A stretch of 64,000 nucleotides of DNA from Acidobacteriota bacterium. Lineage in GTDB: Bacteria > Acidobacteriota > UBA6911 > RPQK01 > JADFOI01. How positions within the stretch are numbered: position 1 is the first letter of the stretch; every line of letters starts with the position of its first letter. A program made the translations under genes and the position numbers. This document shows positions 50,848 through 62,102 of the stretch, piece after piece. Under the pieces are notes generated by a model. It did not search any database, was not told the origin of the DNA, and was given only the letters and a program-made list of their open reading frames with translations. Location of the stretch: NCBI GenBank assembly GCA_036338435.1, contig JAYZCG010000026.1, forward strand, positions 8,465 to 72,464. Reading direction: 5' to 3'.

Positions 50848-52662
50848 GTGTATACTTTGTGTTTATATGAGAAAGGTCAAAGTGTGAAGATAATCAGTAA
50901 AAAAATCCAATTCCAATTATTCCTCATCCCTGCTGTTGCTCTCTTGATGGCAGCTATTTCTGTAGCCCAATCTGGAGAGGACACATATTTTATGCAACAT
51001 TTGCGGTACCTCTCTTCTGATGCATTAAAGGGACGTGGAAATGGAAGCGAAGAACTAGAACATGCCGCCGAATACATCGCAGAATATTTTCGCGAAGCTG
51101 GTCTTTTGCCAGCTGGAGAGGGAGATACTTATTTCCAAAAATTCGAATTAGTACTGGGACAAAGAGTTCATGCCAAAAGTCAAATCACCTATCGATTTGG
51201 GGATACATTAATACAATTGAAGCCAGGAGAAGATTATATTTCTTTAACCGCAGACAATCAGAAAGAGGTTAAAGGGCAACCGGTCTTTGTGGGATCTGGA
51301 ATCACGGCTCCAGCGCTGGGACATGATGATTATAAGGGCCTGGATGTAGAGGGAAAGATTGCACTTATTTTAGAGCATAACTCTCAGGGAATAGTTGAGG
51401 GGATCAATTTGACCCATTACTCAACAACAGTTTACAAAATAATGAATGCTCGATCCCGAGGCGCTGTAGGTGTGATTTTGTTGCCTGACTACTCTAATCC
51501 ATCTAAGAGAATTTCTAGTTCGTCGGGGGAAATTCAAATAGCACATGTGGGGATTCATGCAGTGCGGCTTACCGAGAAAGGTAGTAGCCAATTGTTTGGT
51601 GATGGAGGACACGATTTGGACATGGCAACGGGGCTGTTTGACAGTCAATTTTTTCCCAAAAGGGATTCCCCGGAATATGAGGTAACTATAAATATGCATA
51701 TGGCCAGGGTTCGTCATACTGTTAGGAACGTACTGGGTTTCATTAAGGGGAAGACTGAGAAAATTATTGTTTTGGGGGCTCATTATGATCATTTGGGTAC
51801 AGGAACTCATGGCTCGTTGGGGTCACATCTGAAGGGTGAGATTCACAATGGAGCAGATGACAATGCTTCAGGAACAGCTGGATTGTTACAATTGGCAAAG
51901 AAATTTTCACAAACAACTCCGCACCGAGGCTTACTATTTATAGCCTTTGCTGGAGAGGAATTGGGCTTGCTGGGCTCAAAGCACTATACGCAATATCCGA
52001 CTATGGATTTGCAGAACACTATAGCCATGCTCAACTTAGATATGATCGGGCGTAGTGATGGGGACATTTTTATTGGTGGGACAGACACGTCGAATAAGTT
52101 TAGAATGCTCTTGGAGTCAGTACAGGAGAGTTCTTTTCTCAAGTTTTCTTATTCAGATAATCTTAGAGGATCCAGCGATCATCTCTCATTTGCCTCGAAG
52201 AAGATACCAGTGCTCTTTTTTTTCTCTGGGCTTCACAACGATTACCATCGGCCTTCTGATGATTGGGAACGGATTAATGTGGATGCGACGCGGGAGGTTA
52301 TTGACGTAGTCTACAAGACGGTCAATCGGTTATCCAATTTGCAAACTCCTCTCGAATATCTAGAAAGACATCCTAAATCTTCTCGTATGGAACGTACATC
52401 TAAGCCTCGTTTTGGAGCTATAGTCGACACGTCCTGGAGTTTAGAAGGCGTTCGTTTTGAGGAAATTGTAGAAGGGTCGTCTGCAGCAGCGGCAGGCTTG
52501 AGAAATGGAGATGTGTTGTTGAGTTTTGAGGGCAATAAAATTCAGAGCTTTGGAGAATTTACTGACGCTCTTGTTAAAAAAGCCCCAGGTGATGAAGTTG
52601 AGGTCGTGGTTCTTAGGGGGGAAAGGCGTATCCGCACGTCCATCTTCTTGGCCGGATGGTAG
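50848..52662 (+). CDS. Secreted M28-family peptidase with C-terminal PDZ domain
   Basis: 604 aa. Signal peptide. M28 metal-ligand block HNGADDNASGTAGLLQLA and EELGLLGS. C-terminal PDZ (GLRNGDVLLSFEGNKI). Confidence 0.7.
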   Translation: MYTLCLYEKGQSVKIISKKIQFQLFLIPAVALLMAAISVAQSGEDTYFMQHLRYLSSDALKGRGNGSEELEHAAEYIAEYFREAGLLPAGEGDTYFQKFELVLGQRVHAKSQITYRFGDTLIQLKPGEDYISLTADNQKEVKGQPVFVGSGITAPALGHDDYKGLDVEGKIALILEHNSQGIVEGINLTHYSTTVYKIMNARSRGAVGVILLPDYSNPSKRISSSSGEIQIAHVGIHAVRLTEKGSSQLFGDGGHDLDMATGLFDSQFFPKRDSPEYEVTINMHMARVRHTVRNVLGFIKGKTEKIIVLGAHYDHLGTGTHGSLGSHLKGEIHNGADDNASGTAGLLQLAKKFSQTTPHRGLLFIAFAGEELGLLGSKHYTQYPTMDLQNTIAMLNLDMIGRSDGDIFIGGTDTSNKFRMLLESVQESSFLKFSYSDNLRGSSDHLSFASKKIPVLFFFSGLHNDYHRPSDDWERINVDATREVIDVVYKTVNRLSNLQTPLEYLERHPKSSRMERTSKPRFGAIVDTSWSLEGVRFEEIVEGSSAAAAGLRNGDVLLSFEGNKIQSFGEFTDALVKKAPGDEVEVVVLRGERRIRTSIFLAGW

Positions 52663-52737
52663 CCCAGGTGTATTCGCATGTCTAGTTATAGGAAAATGAA
52701 AAGTAAAATGGATGGAAGGCGTTTAATTTACAATCTT

Positions 52738-53283
52738 TTAGATAGACTTCTCTGTATCTTTAGTCCGATGTGAAGCATGAGGTTGATTTTTTTCAGGAGA
52801 TGTTCGTTTTAAAAATTCGATCCCAAATTGCACAAAGTGGATGAGATGGTGTGAAGGGTGATGTGCGGCTTGGTATATTGCATTTATCTTCTGGGAAAAC
52901 ACCATTAATGCAGAGTCTATCCGGCTTTCTATCTCAGTAGACTGGTAGCGCACCAAGTCCACTCCACGACCCACGGCGCGGGTGACCGCCTGGATTTTTG
53001 CAACAAATACCTCTATGTTTGTTTCGATTGTCTTCTGGAACATAGGTAATTTGGGTAGGCTATCTTCAACTGTATCGACCATTTTGCAAAGCAATTTCAT
53101 CCCTATGAGAGTTCTCTGATAAAAGGAGTGCAGGGTGCGGTCAATGGCCACGATTTTTTGTCGAATGACAAAAGTAACGACCACTATCAGGGCTGTTTGT
53201 ATCAGAACTAGAATTACCATTATCCACACCAGCAGATTGACTAGTGATGGATGATCAGTATCCATGGAGCCACGATACCACAT
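52738..53283 (-). CDS. Membrane-anchored hypothetical protein (N-terminal TM helix plus coiled-coil-like region)
   Basis: 181 aa. TM segment LVNLLVWIMVILVLIQTALIVVVTFVI, then a helical region. Confidence 0.35.
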   Translation of the reverse strand: MWYRGSMDTDHPSLVNLLVWIMVILVLIQTALIVVVTFVIRQKIVAIDRTLHSFYQRTLIGMKLLCKMVDTVEDSLPKLPMFQKTIETNIEVFVAKIQAVTRAVGRGVDLVRYQSTEIESRIDSALMVFSQKINAIYQAAHHPSHHLIHFVQFGIEFLKRTSPEKNQPHASHRTKDTEKSI

Positions 53284-53445
53284 TTTTTTGGAGAGAATAG
53301 ATCAATCGCTTGGAAACTCAAAAGAGGGGTACAAGGCAAATAAGAGAATTGGTAGAACAGGATTATTATGGTTGTAACAGCACTCCTAAGATAGTCTGCA
53401 AACCGCAAGGTAATACTAAAGATTTGCTATACTCGTCTACTCTCT

Positions 53446-54516
53446 ATGGATTCTAAAAAACTTACTCAGAAAATCAAAACATACTCCCGGTATTTGGGCT
53501 TTGATGCTGTAGGAGTAGCACCTGTCGAAGCGGTTCCTGGAGATCTGCTTCAAATTTGGCTAGCACGACAATTTCATGGCGAAATGTCCTATATGGAAAG
53601 GACATCCCAAAAGAGGATAGATCCCACCAAGGTTTTGCCCGATATCCGTTCTATTATTTCACTTTCGCTCAATTACTTTCATCCCTATGAGCTTCCTTAC
53701 GGAGAGTCCGAGAATGGGGCTATTTCTCGGTATGCTTCTGGCGATGATTACCATGATGTATTGAACGGCAAACTCGAGGATATTTTGACTTATATAAAGG
53801 ACTTAGACCCCCAGGCAGATGGCAAAGTTTACGTGGATACGGGGCCTATAATGGATAAACACTGGGCCACCCACTCTGGCGTTGGCTGGTTAGGTAAACA
53901 TACAAATGTGTTGTCCCGAGAAGCAGGTTCATGGTTTTTTCTCGGAGAAATTCTTTTGAATGTTGCCTTAGAGTACGATATTCCGGGCGAAGATTTTTGT
54001 GGATCCTGTACGCGTTGCATTGATGCCTGTCCAACTGACGCCATCACAGAGCCTTATGTGTTAGACAGTCGCCTCTGCATTTCCTATCTAACTATTGAAC
54101 TCCAGGGAGACATTCCAGAAGAATTGCGGGCGCCTATGGACAATCTTATTTTTGGCTGTGACATTTGCCAGGATGTTTGTCCTTGGAACGATAAAACTCC
54201 CCATTCATCGGTTGAAGAATTTAAACCTCGGATAGGAAATCGTGCCCCTGATCTCAAGGAATTGTCCCGCCTTTCAGCAGACGATTTTAGACAACGTTAT
54301 CGAAAGAGTCCTATCAAGCGGGCTAAGTGGCGCGGTTTTATGAGAAATGTTGCCGTCGCTATGGGAAACAGTGGAAATCCCGAGATGATTCCCGCGCTCC
54401 AAGATCTGTGTGGTAGTGAAGATCCCATGGTTCGCCGACACGCAGAATGGGCATTGAAGCAGCTTGAAACAACGAGCAATAGAACGGTAGAGCAGGACAG
54501 CAGGACAAGAGAATAA
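53446..54516 (+). CDS. queG: Epoxyqueuosine reductase
   Basis: 356 aa. Two 4Fe-4S motifs (CGSCTRCIDACP, CDICQDVCP). C-terminal HEAT-like repeat (DPMVRRHAEWAL). Confidence 0.8.
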   Translation: MDSKKLTQKIKTYSRYLGFDAVGVAPVEAVPGDLLQIWLARQFHGEMSYMERTSQKRIDPTKVLPDIRSIISLSLNYFHPYELPYGESENGAISRYASGDDYHDVLNGKLEDILTYIKDLDPQADGKVYVDTGPIMDKHWATHSGVGWLGKHTNVLSREAGSWFFLGEILLNVALEYDIPGEDFCGSCTRCIDACPTDAITEPYVLDSRLCISYLTIELQGDIPEELRAPMDNLIFGCDICQDVCPWNDKTPHSSVEEFKPRIGNRAPDLKELSRLSADDFRQRYRKSPIKRAKWRGFMRNVAVAMGNSGNPEMIPALQDLCGSEDPMVRRHAEWALKQLETTSNRTVEQDSRTRE

Positions 54517-54554
54517 TATAACAGGGAATCAGAGTAGAGTGGTCTCCCTTGTAT

Positions 54555-55049
54555 TCAATTAATTTGTTTCTTGTCGATCGGGTTTGCCCCCAGTTTTTTT
54601 ATTAATTCATCGTTTTCCTGAACGGTTTGTTGGCTGAGAACCTGGCCGGTGAATTCTACATGAATCACCCAGGCCTGTTCTATTTGATTGGTTTCAGGGT
54701 TTTTGTACCAAGATTCCTCCCACATTTTTTTGTTGTTCAAATTCCATCGGACTAGTTGTCCAGGCTCGTAGTGTTTACTAGTCGGGACTATATCGAGCTC
54801 ATTCAATTCGTCATCAGGGTCAAGAGCCTCCAAAATGATCACTTTGCCCCCCACGACTTCCTTAGCACACTGTGGATCAGAGTAAAAAGGGATATTGGTG
54901 TAAAGAACACGGTAGGGAACCACGGGCATCTCATCGCTTTGATCAGGAATTTCACTTGTCTGAAGATCTGCCATTGTCATCTCTCTCTTTCCGCCCCAGA
55001 TGCTTTTCCTTAAGGGGCCTTTGTTAATTTGTTCAATGTCCGATGGCAC
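54555..55049 (-). CDS. Hypothetical acidic protein (164 aa)
   Basis: Clean ORF divergent from atpH. No recognisable motif. Confidence 0.35.
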   Translation of the reverse strand: MPSDIEQINKGPLRKSIWGGKREMTMADLQTSEIPDQSDEMPVVPYRVLYTNIPFYSDPQCAKEVVGGKVIILEALDPDDELNELDIVPTSKHYEPGQLVRWNLNNKKMWEESWYKNPETNQIEQAWVIHVEFTGQVLSQQTVQENDELIKKLGANPIDKKQIN

Positions 55050-55200
55050 ATTTTGTCATCGGTGACCAGCGGCATTCAAAAATAGAATTACAGATTTCAT
55101 GGCCACAATTTACAGTAGAAGTATGCCACCTTGACCGGGTGTTCACAACGTGCTAGAAAGATCCCTTTGTATATGGGCAAAAGAGTGGAAGTGGGAGTAG

Positions 55201-55734
55201 ATGAGTTTTTTAAAACCTGGTGAGTATGCAAGAGCTCTAAGTGAAATAGCTGTAGAACTTGAGCTAGAGGATCGTATTCAGAAGCAGTTAACCGAATTGT
55301 CCAAAATTCTTACCTCACACAGATTATTGCGAAATATTCTGATTAATCCAGCGATTCATTTCTCAGATAAACAAAGGATAGTGGAAGAGATTGGTCAGAA
55401 GGGTTCTCTAGAGCCAGTAGTTGTCAATTTTATTTTGGTTTTGTTAGAACATGCTCAGATACAACGATTTGAGGAAGTTGTTAAGGTCTATAAGGATACA
55501 ATAGATGAGTTTAAAGGTGTTTTGCGAGGTCGTGTAATTTCTTCCAAAGAGTTGCAGCAGGATGTGCGCAAACGTATTCACAAGATTGCGGTGGGCCTAA
55601 CCGACAAAGAGGTCATTATTGGTTACGATGTAGATGAAACCCTGATAGGGGGGTTTAAGCTTCAGATCGGTTCAACAATTTATGATGGTTCCCTTCAAAG
55701 TCAGCTCGATGCTATACGTCGTCTGGCTTCATAA
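55201..55734 (+). CDS. atpH: F0F1 ATP synthase subunit delta
   Basis: 177 aa. Position immediately upstream of atpA and OSCP-like composition. Confidence 0.7.
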   Translation: MSFLKPGEYARALSEIAVELELEDRIQKQLTELSKILTSHRLLRNILINPAIHFSDKQRIVEEIGQKGSLEPVVVNFILVLLEHAQIQRFEEVVKVYKDTIDEFKGVLRGRVISSKELQQDVRKRIHKIAVGLTDKEVIIGYDVDETLIGGFKLQIGSTIYDGSLQSQLDAIRRLAS

Positions 55735-55755
55735 GAAGAATCAGGAGTTTATCTG

Positions 55756-57267
55756 ATGACATTTAAGGCAGATGAGATCAGCAAAATTATAAAGGAGCAC
55801 ATTAAAAACTACGATGCTGAAGTAGTGGTGAGTGAGGTCGGTAGCGTGATTTCTGCTGGTGATGGGATAGCCCGTGTACATGGCTTAGAAAATGTCATGG
55901 CCCTTGAACTCTTAGAATTTCCCCATGACGTTTATGGTCTCGCATTCAATCTTGAGCAAGATAATGTTGGTGCGGTTCTCTTTGGTGAGGTTCATGAAGT
56001 CAAGGAAGGGGATTTGGTTAAACGCACCAAGCGCATTATGCAAGTGCCGGTAGGTGATGCATTGCTGGGCCGTGTTGTTGATCCTCTCGGCAGGCCCCTT
56101 GATGGAAGGGGTCCCGTAGATACTGAAGAGTTCCGAGAGGTAGAGAGGCTGGCCCCAGGCGTAACAGATAGACAGCCGGTGCGTGAGCCAGTTCAGACAG
56201 GTATAAAAGCCATTGATTCTATGATTCCTATTGGAAGAGGGCAACGTGAACTTATTATCGGAGATCGCCAGACTGGAAAGAGTGCTCTTTTGATCGATAC
56301 CATCATCAACCAGAAAGATACGGATCTGATCTGTATTTATGTTGCTATTGGTCAGAAAAGATCCACTGTAGCACGGGTAATACAGACCTTAACCGATTAT
56401 GGTGTCATGGATAAGTGTGTAGTGGTTTCAGCAGCTTCTTCCGATCCAGCAACGATGCAGTATCTAGCCCCCTATGCCGGCTGTTCGATCGGAGAATACT
56501 TTAGAGATACTAAGCGACATGCATTAGTGATGTATGACGATTTGTCCAAGCATGCGGCATCCTATCGGGAGATGTCACTCCTTCTGAGACGTCCACCTGG
56601 GCGTGAAGCCTATCCAGGTGATGTTTTTTATCTGCACAGTCGTCTTCTAGAGCGAGCCGCTAGGCTGAATGAAGAATTGGGAGCAGGAAGCTTGACTGCT
56701 CTCCCAGTTATTGAAACACAGGCGGGAGATATTTCAGCCTACATACCCACGAATGTTATTTCTATAACTGACGGACAGATCTTTTTGGAATCTGACCTCT
56801 TCTACTCCGGTATCCGACCTGCTATCCATGTAGGTAATTCTGTCAGTCGAGTTGGCGGAGATGCTCAACTCAAAGCAATGAAGCAGGTATCTGGAACTTT
56901 GCGACTGGAGTTAGCTCAGTATCGTGCTTTGGCAGCTTTTGCACAGTTTGGATCTGATTTAGACGAGACCACTCAAAATCAATTGGCACGGGGAGAGCGA
57001 CTGACCGAGATTCTCAAGCAAGATCAGTATCAGCCCATGAGAGTGGAACAGCAGATTGTCATCATTTTAGCAGGTACTAGAGGATTACTAGATGATATCC
57101 AGATATCACAACTAGGACAATTTCAAGTGGGACTCATGGAGTTTATGGACACCAGTTACGTTGATCTTTTAAAGGACATCGTGGAAAAGAAGGTTCTGGA
57201 TGACGACCTGCAAAATAAACTGCAGAAAGCTATCGAAGAATACGTAACTCGTTTTAATTCAGAGTAG
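55756..57267 (+). CDS. atpA: F0F1 ATP synthase subunit alpha
   Basis: 503 aa. Walker A GDRQTGKS. Canonical alpha-subunit blocks. Confidence 0.95.
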   Translation: MTFKADEISKIIKEHIKNYDAEVVVSEVGSVISAGDGIARVHGLENVMALELLEFPHDVYGLAFNLEQDNVGAVLFGEVHEVKEGDLVKRTKRIMQVPVGDALLGRVVDPLGRPLDGRGPVDTEEFREVERLAPGVTDRQPVREPVQTGIKAIDSMIPIGRGQRELIIGDRQTGKSALLIDTIINQKDTDLICIYVAIGQKRSTVARVIQTLTDYGVMDKCVVVSAASSDPATMQYLAPYAGCSIGEYFRDTKRHALVMYDDLSKHAASYREMSLLLRRPPGREAYPGDVFYLHSRLLERAARLNEELGAGSLTALPVIETQAGDISAYIPTNVISITDGQIFLESDLFYSGIRPAIHVGNSVSRVGGDAQLKAMKQVSGTLRLELAQYRALAAFAQFGSDLDETTQNQLARGERLTEILKQDQYQPMRVEQQIVIILAGTRGLLDDIQISQLGQFQVGLMEFMDTSYVDLLKDIVEKKVLDDDLQNKLQKAIEEYVTRFNSE

Positions 57268-57345
57268 CTGTGTATGGATAATATCAATTTGTAGAGTTTG
57301 AACAAGGTGACGTGCGTAAATACCCATTTCTTAGGTAAATAATTC

Positions 57346-58218
57346 ATGGCAGGAGGCAATCTCCAAGATATTCGACGCCGTGTTCGATCGGTGAAAAATA
57401 TCCAACAGATAACGCGTGCCATGAAGTTTGTGGCGGCATCGAAACTGAGACGTTCTCAGGAACGAATTCTCGCCGCTAGGCCGTATGCTAGACGAATGTT
57501 AACAGTACTGAATTCTTTAGCTCTTCGTGCTGATCCTGGACTTCACCCTCTATTGGCTGAGCGTGAACAGGAAAAGGTTATGTTGGTTGTCATCACATCA
57601 GATCGAGGTCTGTGTGGCGCTTTCAGCTCTAACATCATCAAGGCCGCTACCCGCTATATTACGGAAAAGGGTTCTGATGATGCTCTCTGTTTGACCTTGG
57701 TAGGACGTAAAGGAGTAGATTGGTTTGGGGAACGTCCATGGTCGATCCGACATGAATATACGAATATTATGAACCAAGTTGATATTAAGTACGCTCGGGA
57801 AATAGCCCAGTATGTCATTGAATACTACACTGACCATGATCTGGATGCTGTTTATTTGGTGTACAACGAGTTTAAGTCTGTTGTGCAGCAGAATGTTGTT
57901 GTGGAGCCGTTACTTCCCATTGGGCGTTTGGAAGTCAGTGGAGAAGATCAGAATGAGTTGGATTATATTTACGAGCAAAATCCTCAGATCCTATTCGATC
58001 ATTTGTTATCTCGGCACGTAGAAATCCAATTATTTAGAGCCTTGTTGGAATCTGAGGCAGCCGAGCATGGTGCACGGATGACCGCTATGGATTCCGCTAC
58101 GAAAAACGCCAAGGAAGTCATTGATAAGCTCACTCTTCATATGAATCGAATTCGTCAGGCCTCCATCACAACTGAGCTCATCGAAGTGGTCAGTGGTGCT
58201 GATGCATTAGGAAAATGA
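57346..58218 (+). CDS. atpG: F0F1 ATP synthase subunit gamma
   Basis: 290 aa. N-terminal IRRRVRSVKNIQQITRAMKFVAASKLRR and C-terminal ITTELIEVVSGA. Confidence 0.85.
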   Translation: MAGGNLQDIRRRVRSVKNIQQITRAMKFVAASKLRRSQERILAARPYARRMLTVLNSLALRADPGLHPLLAEREQEKVMLVVITSDRGLCGAFSSNIIKAATRYITEKGSDDALCLTLVGRKGVDWFGERPWSIRHEYTNIMNQVDIKYAREIAQYVIEYYTDHDLDAVYLVYNEFKSVVQQNVVVEPLLPIGRLEVSGEDQNELDYIYEQNPQILFDHLLSRHVEIQLFRALLESEAAEHGARMTAMDSATKNAKEVIDKLTLHMNRIRQASITTELIEVVSGADALGK

Positions 58219-58246
58219 AAATTTAAACGGATATCAGATTTTTTAA

Positions 58247-59686
<1,440 letters not shown>

Positions 59687-59719
59687 TAAGGAAGATATAT
59701 TTAGGACAGACGTTGGGAT

Positions 59720-60145
59720 ATGGATTTACCAGATAAAATAGAACTCGAGATCGTAACTCCTGAACAGCTTGTCTTTAGCGGGCAAGTGGATGAGGTTAAC
59801 ATGCCTGGTTCCGAGGGTTATTTTGGAGTTTTGCCAGGACACACCCCTTTGCTTTCCGAGTTGGGAGTCGGTGTGATTTCTTACTTGCAAGGGGATACTA
59901 AGGTCCATCTTTTTTGTGGTCGTGGTTTTGTGGAGATTTTACCTAATCGAATTTCTGTACTTACTGAGGTGGTGAAAATGGCCGACGACATTGATGTGGA
60001 AGATGCTATGTCCCAGAAAAATGAGGCCGAGACGCTCCTTCGCTCTTTGGATGAGAACGTCGATTATATTCAGACTATGGATATATTTGAACAAGCTACA
60101 GTCCAATTAGAATTAGCTGAAAAGACTGCACGCAATACACATTAA
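59720..60145 (+). CDS. atpC: F0F1 ATP synthase subunit epsilon
   Basis: 141 aa. Position after atpD. Beta-sandwich plus helical hairpin pattern. Confidence 0.8.
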   Translation: MDLPDKIELEIVTPEQLVFSGQVDEVNMPGSEGYFGVLPGHTPLLSELGVGVISYLQGDTKVHLFCGRGFVEILPNRISVLTEVVKMADDIDVEDAMSQKNEAETLLRSLDENVDYIQTMDIFEQATVQLELAEKTARNTH

Positions 60146-60194
60146 GCGGTTGTTGTTATTAATGGCGACTCGTCAGTCTTGAGGATAAGCACAA

Positions 60195-60268
60195 TGGGGG
60201 ATGGTGTAATGGCAACACACATGGCTCTGGACCATGAGATTGGGGTTCAACTCCCTGTCCCCCAGCCA
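60195..60268 (+). tRNA. tRNA-Gln (anticodon CTG), CCA encoded
   Basis: Folded by hand. Acceptor TGGGGGA/TCCCCCA (7 bp). D-stem GTGT/ACAC. Perfect 5-bp anticodon stem CATGG/CCATG with loop CTCTGGA (U33, anticodon CUG, G37). T-arm with TTCAACT loop. Discriminator G then CCA. Confidence 0.7.
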
Positions 60269-60306
60269 ATTCGTGAAGCTGTATATGTGCGAATTTGAGG
60301 GGTAGT

Positions 60307-61218
60307 ATGCGTTTATGTCTTACGGGTGGAACCGGATTGATAGGCCAAGAGCTGTATTCTGTTTTGGAACAGGACCGACATGAGATTGTGGCTCTTACTC
60401 GAAGTCCTGAGAAGGCGCGCCGCAAATTACCCTCTGCGCACTGCATTACCTGGGATGCTAATTCTACCCTGACCTCTCAGCCTGCATTGGAAGGTTTGGA
60501 TGGGGTAATTCATTTGGCAGGAGAACCCATTGCTGCAGGACGTTGGACTGCTAGGCGTAAAGCTAACATCCGTGATAGCCGTGTAGTGGGGACCCGGAAT
60601 TTGGTAGAACTACTTTGTCAGTTACAAGATCCGCCTAGGGTTTTAGTCAGTGGATCTGCTATTGGATATTATGGAGATAGGGCGGATGAAAGGCTAGAAG
60701 AAGATGCGTTACCAGCCGATGATTTTTTGGGCCAGGCATGTAGGGAGTGGGAGGATGAGGCACAGCAAGCGACTAAATGTGGAATCAGGGTTGTACAACT
60801 CCGAACAGGCTTAGTGCTCTCAACTCGTGGGGGTGTATTGCCACAGATGCTAACCCCATTTAAGATGTTTCTCGGTGGGCCTTTGGCCAGTGGACAACAG
60901 TGGATGTCATGGATTCACATCCAGGATCAAGTTAGAGCTATCCAGCATGTGCTATTCAATCAAGAGTGCACAGGACCAGTAAATCTTACAGCCCCTAGTC
61001 CGGTCACTAATGGGGAGTTCACCAAAGTACTAGCAAGTGTGTTGAAGCGCCCATCTATTTTCCGGGTGCCAAAGTCGATCCTAATACTATTGCTTGGAGA
61101 GTTAGCTGAAACTCTGCTGCTTAGAGGGCAGCGTGTTCTTCCCAGGAAACTGCAAGAATCTGGCTATGAATTTAAGTATCCGTATCTGAAGGAAGCGCTG
61201 CTAGATCTTCTTAATTGA
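60307..61218 (+). CDS. TIGR01777 (YfcH-like) epimerase-family SDR protein
   Basis: About 303 aa from the MRLCLTGGTGLIGQ start, which avoids the tRNA. NAD-binding GxxGxxG. Family-typical C-terminal DUF1731-like region. Confidence 0.65.
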   Translation: MRLCLTGGTGLIGQELYSVLEQDRHEIVALTRSPEKARRKLPSAHCITWDANSTLTSQPALEGLDGVIHLAGEPIAAGRWTARRKANIRDSRVVGTRNLVELLCQLQDPPRVLVSGSAIGYYGDRADERLEEDALPADDFLGQACREWEDEAQQATKCGIRVVQLRTGLVLSTRGGVLPQMLTPFKMFLGGPLASGQQWMSWIHIQDQVRAIQHVLFNQECTGPVNLTAPSPVTNGEFTKVLASVLKRPSIFRVPKSILILLLGELAETLLLRGQRVLPRKLQESGYEFKYPYLKEALLDLLN

Positions 61219-61332
61219 ACGTTAAAATAACTTGTGAGATTTAGAGTATGTAGGCATGGTCTTTGCTTACTTACGGATGCTGCGTACATGCACAGGTGTA
61301 TTTCGTAGTTTAAAACTAGCGAACATGAAGGT

Positions 61333-61366
61333 ACAGCATCGAACCATTCTCTCAGTTCGATGCTGT
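61333..61366. terminator. Perfect 12-bp stem / 10-nt loop hairpin between convergent genes; possible bidirectional terminator or structured RNA element
   Basis: ACAGCATCGAAC-cattctctca-GTTCGATGCTGT read directly. No clear U-tract on either strand. Confidence 0.25.
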
Positions 61367-61493
61367 CCAAGACCCGGAGGTCGATACTCTGTTTCCTTAA
61401 ATTCTAGATACAAGAAGCAGCATAAAACGAGCGAAAGCAGTACCTAGGCCTTTGGAGTCGGTTTTGTCTGTCGCGAGGGCAAATGTTAGTGAT

Positions 61494-62063
61494 CTAGAGG
61501 CCTAGGATTACTCCACAGGCGACCCGTGGTCCCGCATTGCCAGTGGGTTGTCCAAAATCATCTTCTTTGGCATGAACGATGACTGCTCTACCCAAAATGG
61601 AAGAGGGACCTTCTGACAGCGTGATGAAGTCAACACCGATTGATAGGTGAGCATTGCCTTCTTCATCAGCCTCAACATTTCCAAGATCACCGGAATGGTG
61701 CAACTCTGCGTCCGGTGCTCCATGCTCAGTTTCCTCAGGATTAAAATGTCCTCCTGCACTGGTACCATCCGCAGCACTGCAATCGCCTATTCCGTGGATA
61801 TGAAATCCATGTTTGCCCGGTGTTAGACCTGTAATATGGGCATGGATACTCACTAGTCCATCAGCTTCTTCAAAATTCACAGTACCATTTGCTGTATTGC
61901 CTTCAGTGGCTTGCAAATTTGCAATAGCAGTTTTAGCTTGTGATTCTGGTTCTGCAGCGGATGTTTCCTCGGCGGGGGCAGCTTCTTCGGCAGCCGGGGC
62001 ACAGTAGGCGCCAAAAAGAGCGACAAAAAATACAATAGCAACAAGTAAACTAAGTTTAGACAT
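61494..62063 (-). CDS. sodC: Cu/Zn superoxide dismutase (periplasmic)
   Basis: HGFHIHGIGDC, GGHFNPE, HSGDLGNV and RVACGVI motifs. Signal peptide. Start taken at the ATG at 62063, which has a GAGGA RBS. The ORF track extends to a TTG at 62096. Confidence 0.85.
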   Translation of the reverse strand: MSKLSLLVAIVFFVALFGAYCAPAAEEAAPAEETSAAEPESQAKTAIANLQATEGNTANGTVNFEEADGLVSIHAHITGLTPGKHGFHIHGIGDCSAADGTSAGGHFNPEETEHGAPDAELHHSGDLGNVEADEEGNAHLSIGVDFITLSEGPSSILGRAVIVHAKEDDFGQPTGNAGPRVACGVILGL

Positions 62064-62102
62064 ACTCAATATCCTCAAGGTAGGAGTGACACTCAATGGT
62101 TG

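Noticed and set aside
60159-60446. 95-aa minus-strand ORF
   Set aside because: It overlaps the hand-folded tRNA-Gln and the 5' end of the epimerase gene, so it is spurious.
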